DNA of 64,000 bases, from the NCBI GenBank assembly GCA_009103225.1, contig RHPI01000026.1, positions 1-64,000 of the forward strand, in the 5' to 3' direction. The position numbers and the translations under genes were made by a program. The notes beneath the pieces were generated by a model. It saw only the letters and a list, made by a program, of their open reading frames with translations, had not been told where the DNA came from and ran no database searches. This DNA is from Chlorokybus atmophyticus (taxonomy: Eukaryota > Plantae > Mesostigma and Chlorokybus algae). Of this stretch, positions 39,065-55,500 are shown piece after piece (positions within the stretch are counted from its first letter, which is position 1; every line of letters starts with the position of its first letter).

Positions 39065-39357
39065 TTGACCGACCGGAAGGGAAGGGCAGAGATGACGCAA
39101 AACAGCTTGGGAAGGACTTAGGTTTCTCTTCTTTGTGTGCCTCAGAAGTCAGACGGAAAGGAGATAGACGGAGCGAGTTGTCCTGGGCTTTGGGGCGGGG
39201 AGGGAGGCGGTCCAGGCCAGGCCACGCCAGGCCAGGCCAAGGCTAGGCTAGAATAGAGTGGACTGGACTGGGACAGCGGACTGAGTAGGGTGTTTGTGGG
39301 TAGCTGGGTGTGGGTGTGGGTGTGGGTGTGGGTGTCTGCGGGGATAGCGGCCTAGCC

Positions 39358-42935
<3,578 letters not shown>

Positions 42936-43572
42936 GAGGCAGATTATCTGGGTAGAAAGGGGGTCATTGATTTACGCATTCATTGTTTCAATTGTTTGGT
43001 ACGCTATAGTGTATATGGTATCACATTTTGATTTGGGCAACTGGCCCGTGCGCACTGACTCAAGCCAGCCGCTTGGTTGGAGCCACGCATTGAATTGCTT
43101 ACTGACCGACTGAACAAAAGACTTGCAAAATACTTGACTGGGATGTGATAAGATTGCCGTAGTGGCAAAATCAATCGCAACGGGTGGACATAAAAAGTGC
43201 TTGTACACTTTTGAAACAATGAAGCAAAGGACATGTAACTTTATCTCCAGAATGTTCTGATCACCTTGCATGGCAGCAGTCAGAGCCATTCACATGGTTG
43301 TGAGTAATCTCTCTCATCACTCTTTCACTGCCTAGCAAGTCCTTGCCAGCAAGCAATGCGCAGTCAACACCTATGCTGGAGAATTGGATACAACTCAACT
43401 ACAACACAACAATGTTGTTGTGTTCACCTCAACTATACAACTTACAAGCAGCGTGCTGTCTTATTGCTTCACTACCAATACTGTGATCAGATTGCCGTAG
43501 CACAGTCACAGCAGCTGTGCCAACCCTTCAATCAATGAAACCGCTAACATTATCCACTGTAACCACTGTACC

Positions 43573-45891
43573 TCACATGGTCCGGTCACCAACAACAACA
43601 TCGCTCACAGCCGATTGATAAAACTCGTTGAGGTTTTTCAGCACGCTGTCGTTGTCACCGCAAACGACAAACTCCTCAAGCTCCGTCTGCACGCACATAC
43701 GTCCACAAGTCAAGTAACAAAACCCCAACATAAAGACATTCTTGCAGCCCCTGTGTACAACCTAACACCTTACCTGCGAGAGGCTCCCGTTCTTCACGCA
43801 ATTGCCAAGAAAGCTGATGAGGCCGTCGTAGAAGCCGTCGTAGTTGACGAATATCATGGGCACGGGGAAGTTGGTCCCTAGCTTGTTGAGTTGTTTCAAT
43901 ACCAATATCTCTGCGAGCTCGTCGAGTGTCCCAATGCCACCCGGCAAGAAGATGAAAGCCGTCCGGTCAGCAACATTCAGCCGCATGCCCGCCTCCGTCA
44001 GCCCGATCTTGCGCGATGCCATGAAGAGACACGTTATCGATGCTGCGTGCATTGGGTTCTCACCTGACCAGCAAAGGAAGCGTGTGAGTGCTGTACTGTA
44101 AGTCTTGCGGGTAGCAAGAACACGCAGGGTGTTGCAACAGCAGGGAAACCCATAAGCACTTGTAAAACCAAGTGTACGCACATACGCGACTAAGTGTATG
44201 CAAATGCACATGTGAATGTGCCTACAATCCCTGCTTTTATGACAACCTGTGCCTTCTTGCAGGTGCGTGTGTGGCCAACGCACCATACCTACCTGTACCG
44301 GTGCTGACACCAAGTGACCATACCGGACTTTACAGCATCTCCCAAGAAAACCAACACCGACAGGATGCTAAATGATGTGGTTGTCTGTGCAATGCACCTT
44401 GTAGTGGCTAACCGACGCAGACAGCTATCTTGCATACCGGTGCGAGCGCATAAGGCGTTGTGAGTGCCCATCCATACCTGACACAACCTCACGGCTGCGA
44501 GTGGTTGCCTGTGTCAAGTGCCCAAGCTTACTACCAGGTTGGATGCAGATCACTAGTCAGTACCTTTCGGCTGTTGCCCAGGCGCATCCGACGCCTCCCT
44601 TTGCAACCTTATCGCCCCGACCGGATACCCTGGGACAGGTATGATGCCCACATAAGTCACATTGCACAGTGCACTCGCACACACACGCCATAAACAAACA
44701 CATACACGTACAAACCTGCCCCGTGTGCGCCTTCGGTGACGGCCCCCATCATCCCCTTGCCACCTCCGCTCCACGCGGGAGTGTCCAGTAGCCGCGCCAC
44801 AGCCCCCGCCAACTCGCGCGCGCGGGCGTAGAACGGGTGTGAGGGTGTGAACCGTGCGCTGCCAAAGTACACTGCACCCCTACCAATCTACACGGGAAGG
44901 ATGAGCAGGTGGATGGGGTGGATGTTTGGATTCACGCGCACACCATGCACAGTTGTTCTTGCCTTTGCGATGGCGCGGTAGCATGCAGCCATCTCATCGG
45001 CAATGGAACGACCGGTCCCCAAAATGAGGTCATCCTGCAGACGGCTGCTCTGGGAGTTTTTCTCGCGCTTTGCGCCGCGCTGGTACAGCTCCACTGCCTG
45101 TTGGCAAACAGGGCCAGCAAGGAAGTATCAACAGATGGTCATCATGTAGCACCATGCCGCATTGCATTGCGTGCTTCTTGTCATGATGAGTGTGCCGGTC
45201 AGGTGAACGCAGTGAGACAATTACCAGTTCAGTGAGAGAAAGCAAGTTCCAAACAAGCACAGCATGCACTGCTTGGCTGCGTTACTGCCACACCTTGCTA
45301 TTTGCCGACACGTTACACAGCTGGCGGAGCATGCACTGATTGCCGTGGGCATTGCAGGCCCTTTCAGAAGTAGTGCGCAGCACTGTCTGAACACACGTTG
45401 CAGCTGCAAGAGTGCGCCTTGGCAGGCTCAGCCTGCCACTATTTGAACCACTATGGTACTTGTCACTGCCAGCTTTGATTGATGTATGTTCATTTTTGTG
45501 TTCAACGATGCTTGTAGCACACACAGCCATGCGATATGGTGTTGCCTACATGTAAGCTTGTAGGCAATACCAGTGTGGCTGGTTCAGCAATTACTTCGCA
45601 ATAGACACTGCCTCAAAAGCCACAAGCTCTTGCCGAGAACGACCAACTCACGCGCTCGCGATTCGTTCTGCTTTACAAACGACAAAAAGTGATTCAACAC
45701 AGAAATATACTGTCCACTTTACATACAACCATTACCCTGCGTTGGCGTGAGTTGGCGAGCCATTGGTCCCAGGCTTTGTAGGCCACAGCGGCGGCGGAAG
45801 CTGCGGCAGCAAGCGCCACCGCTGCGGTCAGTGCTGCGGCGACGGCCGTGGACGCCGGTGCCCCACCTCCGCCACCCCCGGACGACGCCAT
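43573..45891 (-). CDS. LOG: LOG / lysine-decarboxylase-like family protein with a probable N-terminal hydrophobic anchor, multi-exon
   Basis: VYFGSARF; WSGGGKGMMGAV; RKIGL; FIFLPGGIGTLDELAEILVLKQL (PGGxGTxDE); PMIFVNYDGFYDGL; ends KNLNEFYQS...TM*. Assignment of the first exon (45891, MASSGGGGG...) is less certain. Confidence 0.85.
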
Positions 45892-47089
45892 GGCGATGAC
45901 CACCACGACACTGGCGGTGACTTCCGCAGCGATGTCGTTGAGCTGTGCGGCCTGGTTGGTTAGCTGGTATGGAAGGAAAACAGGAGCTTCCATCCGAGTG
46001 CACGTTGTCATGCATGACTGGAATCTGTTTGTTTTGTGGGTTTTGTGGATGTTGGCGCCAAACGCATTGGCTAAATTACCGGACATGGGCCGGCGTAACA
46101 ACGCAAGGCCATCAAAGGGACACCCTGAGGTTCTGTCCGGTAGATTGCCTGCTTTTGTGCCAAAATGTCCGATATTTTGACCGGTCCATGCGTTTGGCGC
46201 CAGCAGCTTTTGAAGCTATGAAGCTTTGTGGGCTGCACATTGCAGCTTACTTCAGGCAAGCTGCTATCTTGTCGGCGGCGGCGGCGGGGTTGTGTGTGTA
46301 GGCGTTGCTGTTGCGCTTGCGAAGCCTTGTGCTTCTGTCCGTGCCTTAAAAAAGAGCTTTGTCTGTCTCTGCCGAGGTGTGTTGCCACGCAAGCTTGCTA
46401 CAGTGCTTCGCCCCGGCCTGTCCAGTCAGGCGCTGCCAGTGTGTTGGCTGAGCTCTCTCTTCAGGTGGTCTTCCAACCTGCTGTGGTGGCTTTCTGCAAG
46501 GTGAGAGCGGTACCACAGAGGCTGCAAGGTGAACTGGTAGTGGTCCCTGCGTGCGTGAGGTTGCACCTGCATGCTGTCGGTGTGAGTGTGCTCAAGCTGC
46601 TGACAGCCCAGCCTGTAACGACCTGCAATTTTCACTGGCATGTAAATTCTGAGCACATTGCTGTTGCAGCTGCTCTGTAACTTGCTTGCTGCTCTCGCTT
46701 GCCGGAAACGTCTTTGCACTGCTGGCATGCATTAGTCACTTCTGTGTCTTGTCCGTTTTGGCTAAATACTGTCACAAGTTACATGGCAAAAGGTGTTGGT
46801 CATGCAGGTTGTTGTCATATCGACGACCGAACTGACAACCCGCCTGTCATGCAGGCAGCAGCAGCAGAGTGAACCCGTCACTGACCAGTTGAGCTGCTTG
46901 TTTGGTGGAGCCTGACAACTTCGGGTTGTGCTTTGGCAAGGTTGGTAGTTGCTTCTGCTGCTCTTGTCTATCGTTGCCTTAAGGGTTGCTGGCAGTCTGT
47001 GAACAGGTTTGACGCTTTTGTAGTTGCCAGCGTTGGCAGAGTCGGTTACCCCGCATAACCAATATGCGGCTTGTGACCATGTTGAACAG

Positions 47090-47843
47090 ATGGTAGCTGA
47101 AACCGCTGAGCCAGTGGAGCGCAAGCCTGACATCACCCACACGCAGCCGCCTGCTACAGAGCCAGCGGGAGAAGTCCTCAACATAAAGATTGTCAGTCAA
47201 GACAGCTGCGAGCTTCTATTTCGTGTCAAAAAGACGACTCCTTTTGACAAGGTCGGTTCCTGACAAGTGTGCTAGGATGTGCATTGGCACAAAACTGCTT
47301 GCTTTCTGGTGCACTGTCAGTATTGTGGTTGAGCTGATCATCACAGGCATTGTTGTAGTTGGCAGTTGCAGCTCCCGCACACTGTACTCCCTTGTCATGA
47401 TATGTGGACCAACAGCATGGCTGCCATGTAACGCTGATGTGTGTTTCGGGTACTCAACATGCTTGTGTGCCTTGCAGATCTTCAACTCCTACTTCCAGCG
47501 CAAGGGAGTGGATTCCAAGGCAGTGAAGTTTCTGTTTGACGGGTAAGCTTGGGAGGGGAGTGCATGAATGCCATGTTGCACAGAACTTCAGCTGTCACCT
47601 TTGTTATCAACTACACGGCTGCTGTTCACTCTCAAACAAGCTGGACCGCTTTCTGTGCAGGCATCGCATTCGAGGCGACCAAACACCTGGAGCTGTAAGT
47701 AACCTCGTGCTGTTATTGTGTAACATGTCAATGTGCTAGGTGTATGTTGCAGCTAACGCCATGCTTGGTGTGTGCAGTTGGAGATGGAGGATAATGATAG
47801 CATTGATGCCATGATTGAACAATTGGGAGGAAGTGTTTTGTAG
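47090..47843 (+). CDS. SUMO: SUMO (small ubiquitin-like modifier), 4 coding exons
   Basis: Spliced LNIKIVSQDSCELLFRVKKTTPFDKIFNSYFQRKGVDSKAVKFLFDGHRIRGDQTPGALEMEDNDSIDAMIEQLGG-SVL*, with a di-Gly followed by a 3-residue propeptide. Confidence 0.92.
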
Positions 47844-49229
47844 AAGCCATACGCTCAGCTGCCGAGGTATATACACGACCAATAGTTGTAACTTGTAGAG
47901 TGGTTCTTGTATGATGAAGGACGTATGACGACTGGTGTTGTTCTTATGACCAAAATGGCCATAAGAACAACACCTGTCGTCATACGTCTTGCACAGCACC
48001 ACCAGTCATAGGTGCAGATCGCACCAACTTCTGCAACAGCACCCAGCAGCATCGTTCCTTATACGGTTGTAGCCTTCTTGGGCAAGTGAGTACTTCATAC
48101 TGCACCTATAACCTTGTTATCTAGGCTGCCAAGTCATCAACGATTACATACAGCTCTTGCTTTACACACGGAAATCTGTGTGCCTGTGCCCTCGTGCAGA
48201 TAGTTACTGAGCATGCTGACAGTCATGTGTATATGTATATCGCCATTTTCGTGCAGCACATTTGTCATGCCTGAAGCACCTGTTAGCAGGAAAGGGTTAA
48301 GTAGAATCAAATCATGGCCACCAATGCACAGACATCTGCACCCCTGCCATGGCATGTCCCACACATAATGTAGCATACTATCTCTTGTACCTGGTGTACA
48401 GGACATGCGAGGTACTGTTGTGCATGTGCATGGCAGTGCCAATGTGACCAACCACGCATGCCATCACCATGTCGTTTACACACGGTACACCACCGCCGGG
48501 CTAGCATACAATATTTCTATGCAGTGTATAAGACATAACTACTACTTAACAGTGTGGAACACATCGTACACTCTGTTTCCTATGCCTGGTTGCGCGGTGA
48601 TGGAGACGTTCAAACAGCCTAACTTTACCCCCTCCATTTGGCTCTCTGCTGTGTGCTGATGCCATGGCCCTGCAAAACACGAGTAGTGCATATGACAAAG
48701 GTCAACACCTCTTATCACAAATAGAAAAAGCACACAGTGCAAACCAGGGTCAAGAAGATGCTGATTGCAGTTTTACAACGCTTGCCCCTTGCTGATCAGT
48801 CCAATTGATTGCAAGCATACGCTGTGTGCGCGCTGGCATGGTCTAGGTTCTGTCAACAAGCAACTGAGCTACTTGTTTTGCCCTGCATTTGCGCAGCGAC
48901 ACGCAGTTGCAAAAAGACAGTACGCTGCCTACTCACTGTGCGGCGAACGATTCGTGTGACATCTTGAGAACTTGAAAAACCTTAGAAGCTCTCGTAGTCG
49001 GGCACATGTCACTGTCACTTGTAGGCTCCGGCATCTCAAGAAAAGAGCGGATGACGAAGGGGAAACCATCATCTTCAACAATGCCGTCGCAGCAAGGAAG
49101 CATTGGTTCTGGCAGCAATGCTGCTGCCAGTAAGCGCTGAATGCAGAAGCACAAGTGGTAAAGCTGGCACCGATGCCACAGCTCGTGTTACCAATGCCAG
49201 AAGCACCCATTTCAACGCCCGAACTGGCG

Positions 49230-49760
49230 GGTGTTGCAACAGTTAACTCTATCCGGCAAGCAGGCGCTCTCTTCTCAAGACCATGCGACGCCAGCACTTT
49301 CTGGCCGGGGTTAGTGTTGCCAACACTAATGTTCGGGCACCAGCGTGGTGGCGAGACACACAACAGCATGTTGTCCTGCCGCAGATCGCTGACGGTTGGG
49401 GGGGTTCAAGTACGGGTCCCCCGCTGCCACTAACATGCCGACACAGCCAAGCGCGTGGACGCAACCGGCGAGAGAGATGCAAGTGTTCCGTTTCGTCACG
49501 CAAGGTGATGTGTTTGCGAGCGTGCCCCAGCATCACACACTCCCGACATCGCCACTGCTGACAGACCCTTTGAGAGACATACACCTCCTCTTTACCGTCG
49601 CTACCTCCACCTCCACCTGCAGCGTGTGACGTCCGACTGGATGAGCACAACAGGCATGTCGTGCGGAACAACAACAACAACAACAACGTGGCCACTTCTG
49701 TCTCAACGCCGTCCACGCCTCCGATAAAATGACCCTCGAGGGTATGCTCATTGCGTACGG
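49230..49760 (+). pseudogene. Possible decayed class-3 lipase fragment
   Basis: Frameshifted motif-like pieces LMFGHQRGG (cf. GHSLGG), FKYGSP and VFRFVTQGDVFASVP occur in the expected order. Confidence 0.3.
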
Positions 49761-50202
49761 TACGAACATGTTGGGGAGTGCGACGCAGAGGCAGGTTGCA
49801 GTTGTGGGGCTTTCGTGGAAGATGCACCCGGGGCTGTAAGCGTGGCGTGAGCGGATGGCGGAGTGGAAGTGCGTTGTGTTGAAGCAATGGCAAGGTGATG
49901 ATGAGCGATGCTTGCTTGCATTTGTGTGCACACACACGTGCGTTGTGTTGAATGCGCATGTACGCGCGCATGTGGTTGTGTGCGCACGCATGTGCACATG
50001 TGTGTGCGTGTGTGCACAGTGAGAGCTCGCTGCTGCTCTATAATGGCACAAACGCTTGCATGAATGCATGCAGACACATGCAAACGCCAAGCTGTCATCA
50101 AGCTGTCCTCTGTTTGCCCTCTTACACATGGAGCCGACAGCAAAGCCAGACAACGATATCCATGCCAGGGCGCCTCCCATCAAGTTAAGGCGGGCAGCAT
50201 TA

Positions 50203-52598
50203 GGCGATGCTGCTGCGAATAGCATTGTCTGCGCTGGTCAGTGTTGAAGACCCTGTACAGCGTAGTTGGATTGTCAGCCGTGTTATGTTGGAAAACGACT
50301 TGGATCTGGTTAGAGAGTTCATTGCAGCTGACAGCGGGCTCCGTTCAGAAGGCAGGAGGGCACTGATACGCTTGACCAACAGGCAAGTTGCCAATAGCCA
50401 CAGTCTACCTGATCACGGCACAGGCTATGGCACAACCCCACCAGCTTTGGCGTTCTCAAGAGCCCTGGCACCAGTTGCAGTAGCTGTCCCTGATGTGGTG
50501 GTTTCACAGCTGGTGGCAGATGCTGCTCACCTTGAAAGGTGAATGAATTCACTTCTTGTGAGAACAGCTTCTGCCTGTGCTGTTGTGGCATCACATTGCA
50601 GGAGTCATGCCTAACAGATGCACTTCCTGAATCCAGGAAAGGTTCCTCTTGTCATCGAGGCTTTTTGAGAGCTGTCTGCCCTAGCTACCAGGTGGTTGGT
50701 GCAGATCTGCCTATGCTGCTGGTTACAATGGGCACGCTTGCCATGCGCTCCGCGACATTGCTTGGCACTTGTGCAGACGCCCTTGTGACACTGGTCACGG
50801 AGCTGCTCACTGTCTGTACGTCAAAGGTACAGCGACCATGTATTGAGGATAGTAAGCTGCCTGTCTGCAGCATTGATGCTGTCCTATTGCCAGGTGCCAG
50901 CAGAGTCCTTGCTCGCACCCGATATGCTGCTGAAGTACTGTATTCCACTCGCTCCCCTGACATGTTGCTCATGTCCCTGGCTGCTCTGACGGAGGTAAGG
51001 CCTTTTACTAGAGCACACGAAGACGAGTGTGACAAAGACACTGCTGTCGCGCATGTTTCCTTGCGAGCTGTGCAGCTGGCTGCAGAACCTCTGGACAATG
51101 CCGTGCTTGCGCTGTGCACATTGTTTGCTAGTGCCGGCGAGGAAGTTGCGCACGAGCTCGACTGGTTACCAATGCTTGCGGTACGTGGCAACTGTCAACA
51201 TATTTGCACATCCATGTCGTTGATGACCACTTGGCAATGGTGATGCTTCTTCTTGTTCTGCGTTATGTCAAAGCACTTCACGACATGTTTTTGCAGGAAG
51301 CAGCAGCTACTCAGCTTCGCTGGAACACACAACTACGCTTGCTTCCACTCATGACTTCGCTTGTCGAGCCTCCTGACGGGGCACAATCCAGACCAACCTC
51401 TTGCACTGGATCCCAGGATGGCTTCGCTTCCAATGTAGAGAGGTCTGTAAGGGAGGGCATTGAGTTCTGCTGCATTGGCGACCGCTATTCATCGGTGTAT
51501 GTCCAGCAGATGCAGTCAGCTGCTGGTCTCAAGCCTGGTGAGCACGTCAACAACCAGAGAGCAAACACATGGAAGTGGCAGTCTCAATACAGAAAGCCTC
51601 GGCAGTTCAACTCGCAGCATAGGTGCTGTCCCGTGCATTCCGTCCCATGCGTGTTCCTCAACGCTACTAGTGCTCAGGCTGGCTTTGTGTTGGTTTTGAA
51701 CTGGCTTGATTGCTCAGGACGTCAACTGCTTACGGGTATGGCGCACCAGCTGGTCAGCGCGGGTCTACACGAGGGCTGGACAAGCTTCACGCAGCATCCA
51801 CTGTCTGGCTGTGCTGAAGTTCTGCCGTCCTGCACTCTTGTTGAGAATTTGCGTTACGTGCATTGCACTAAGCTCGGCAAGCAACAGCGTCCTGCAGGGC
51901 CTGGTGCCAGCAATGTTGGATGCAGGTCTGGCTCCTCTGCCTGCATCACCCGCCACGTGCTCCGATGATACTGCCGCAGGCTTTGATCAGCTGCGTGACT
52001 TGAGGGAACTGGCCATTGCTTCAGCTTCAGTCCACTTTGCCAGTCAAGCCTTGTGCACATACGGCGTCGAATAAGCCTGCTGCTGTTGACACTGGCGTGA
52101 GCAACTTCATACGCCATGTGGCTTGCATGTGCAAGGACGTTCTGGCAGACTGCTCTGCACCATAAGTCCTCGCTACTGACGTGTTTAGTGCCATGTGTGC
52201 AGCCATGCAGGCATTGCATAGCTCCCAAGTGAGTGTACGCTGGTGCATGTGCAATTGTTGGAACAACCTTGTCAAATCTCGGCTGTTTGCAAGCGTTAAA
52301 ATGGTAAGGGAAGCAATGCTGGAATTGCTCACGAAACCTGACAGCTGTTGTATATTACAGGTTGAACCTGATTGTTGTTGCTTTGGAAGTCTTGCAAGTC
52401 TGTTGCGGCGGCAGCGAGGCAACTCCAGAGTCTATGAGCCTTGTGCAGCTGCTGCCAGACGATGACCATGAGCTTGTCAATGTGGTTGACACGCAACGGG
52501 TCGAGACCATTGTTCAGTCTCAGCTAGACACACTGCCACACAAGGCTCAATCGCTGCTGCTGACGGCCTTGAAGACCCTGCAGCAAGACACCTGTTGA
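50203..52598 (+). pseudogene. 5'-truncated, frameshifted inverted duplicate of the unknown gene at 25.9-28.9 kb
   Basis: Example: MLLMSLAALTEVRPFTRAHEDECDKDTAVAHVSLRAVQLAAE vs MLLLSLAALTESRPATRAQEGERDKDTGVAHVSLQAVQLAAE. Introns are retained; there is an internal deletion near 50947 and frameshifts. Homology ends near the stop codon. Confidence 0.88.
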
Positions 52599-52599
52599 G

Positions 52600-55500
52600 C
52601 TCAGTATTGCTGGAGGATGCAAACAAGAGACCAATGCATGAGGTTGGTATTGTATTTGTGATTGGATTTGTAGTCCGGAGCAGAGTTATGTGGCGCAGTT
52701 ATGTTGCTTTTTGGCTTGCGGACCGTGTTGTACATAACATGCGCGACGCAACTGCTCATGCATGACACATGTAGTGCACAGCAACATGCAGCTCACACCT
52801 TTGTCGTACAACATGTAGACCACCCGGCTACTGTCACTTATCAACTTCACTACCTAGACTAATATTAACACCCCGTTAGCCATGTCGATCAGTACGTGCG
52901 TTCAGCACCTGCGCCAAGCACGAGCAGCATGTACATGAGGCAGTTCTGCTAGATTAGCAGCATGCATGGTGTTAGGCCTACATACATTGTCATGCATAGT
53001 AATAGGCACATGAAATCTCATGCCAACACTTCATACCACTTACTCACCACCGGGCTATTGCAAACTCTACCTAACACGCTACTTGTTTAACCCCATTGGT
53101 CACACCCGCTGCTATGCTAGTTGTTACTCAATCACCTGTCACGCAGACGTCACAATACGAGTGAACATTGTCTCTCCACACTCTAAGCAGCACACGATGA
53201 CAGGGAGACTCCCCCTCGTCGCCGCTCCAAACCCTCCATCGCCGTCGCTGCAAGTGCCGCACTTTGGGCCCGTGTTACGGTTTCGTTTTGATATTGTGCT
53301 CTGCGGTTTCATCAGCAGACCCGCACAACATGCATGCATTGCGCTCGCTCCTTGCAGGCATGTGTTGAACTTGTTGCAGGTTCAAGAAAACTGTTGTTGG
53401 TTTGTCATTCTTTGTTCATGGAAAATTTTCTTTATGATTGTAAGTCACTCACTAATGATCAACAAACTAAACGTCGAGATTTTGTGCCGCTGGTCAGATG
53501 GCATTGCAAATGTGCATAAAATGCGATGTGCAATTGCGCATGCATAATACATGTAGGTGGTACATGCATAGTACATATAATAGAGCATCAGGGCCATTGT
53601 AAACACAAGCAAACATGGCATCACACCGTACACAAGACTTTGTATAAGTGGGCCACAAGCCAAGCCAGCAAAGCACTACGGACACAGCCCAGCGCAACTA
53701 TACTACGGGGGGCTGGACCTTATGTGCGTGCAATGGTGTATGGCGAGGGCAAGGAGCAATAGGAGCAGCATCAGCGGCTCAGGTACCTGCGGGGGCAAGG
53801 AGAGGGGCGCAGGGAGAATTTTAGGCCATGACAAGAACTTTACACGACTGCTGGACCAGCCCCTCAGCTTGCAACTTGCGCCGCCAGCCGCTTGTGTGCT
53901 CCGCCAGCCCTGTTAAGAGCACTCTCAAGCAAACGGCTGGCATGGCCCGTATCACAGTATAGCCGGTAATCAAGACAACTGTCAACTTGGGTCAAATGAC
54001 AGGTTGCATGATCATTGTAGGTGGTACATGCAGCAAGCATTGCGACGATGAGCACAGGCCATGTTGTATGTGTGAACATGGTGCGTGTGTAGTAGCCTCA
54101 CTGCAGCTGACGCTTGTGCTCACTACACTTTGCCGCAAATGATTGTTGTAATTGTGCATGGGCAGCCCTACATCGCACAATGTTCACACAGCTTGCAGTA
54201 ACAAGCATCATTTTGACAACCGGGCTGGCCTAATCGTCTCATGATTAACATTATGTCTACGGTAAGCATCATGATGTCCACTGCGCATACAGCTACCTAC
54301 ACGCTGAAACACGCACACGGGCAAAGTCATGCACGCTATGTCTCTACATGTATACTACGCGAGCGACGCGTACGCCTCCGAGGTCGATGGGCTGTGTGCT
54401 TGCGGCGTTGCGCCTGATATTGTTGCCACTGCCGCTGTTCCGCGCTCGCTCGTGCGCATGCCTTGCGTTATCAACTCAGTTGTATGGCCCCCTCCATCCA
54501 CCACTCCTCTGCTCTTCGGGCTTATATGATGCGGCGCGCACAGAGCCGAAGCAAGTGCTCAAGACGCCACATATTCAAGGAGGGCCTCCCTCAGCATGCC
54601 GTACGTACCCATCGCCAGCGGGTAGATAGTGTCCGCCAGTGGTGGTTACCGTACAGGCGCCGCTTCGCTGCCTCCAAGTCGGCTGCGCGCACCGCCACTC
54701 TTGCTTGATCCCACCTACTGACACACGCGATGAAGGCGGCATGTAATAGCAGCTTCGTGACTGGGGCGGGTCAAACGCTTTCAAGTAAATGCGTCTGCCT
54801 TGCGAATCGCCCACACGAATCGTCATGACATCAATGCTCGCTATTGATGGTGAAGCCTGCTAAAGAATGCAGCCTCCGCTAATAAAATGAACATCTTATC
54901 ACGCACGGCGTCATTAGTGGCGGTATGCGCACAGCCGACCTGTAGCGGAATAGGTGTGCGCCCTTTGGCTGCACGGACCCTCTGCACGCGCCATGCGACA
55001 CGCCAGACAGCAATGAGTAAGACAGACCCAGACGCGTGGGAAGTGTTCGAAACACTTCGCGATAGGCTCGCATATTTTCCGCACCACCTATGTCACTATT
55101 ATAATATAATATAGTATAATATAATATAATATAATACTATTATAGAGGTGCTGGACTTAATGGTTGGACAAGCATGCACATACACTTCGGCAGCAATCTG
55201 ACTGCATGGCATCACCTTTATATCATGCATGATGTACTTCAGACAACATTACCCTCGCAACTAAAAAGCTATGCACAGCGATATGTTTTATACCATACAC
55301 CCCCAGTTCTTTAAGTACATCATGTTATCACCTGTATTGAGATAGATAGTGGCAATTGCTGCCTCAATTGTGATGTATAAGTAAAGCGCATGGCGCTACA
55401 CACATACCTAGCACAAGCCATCAACAATGCTAACACGCTTAGCAGAATACTACATTAGTCAACTGTGCGTGCAAGCATATGCAGGCCTCATGCCAAGAAT

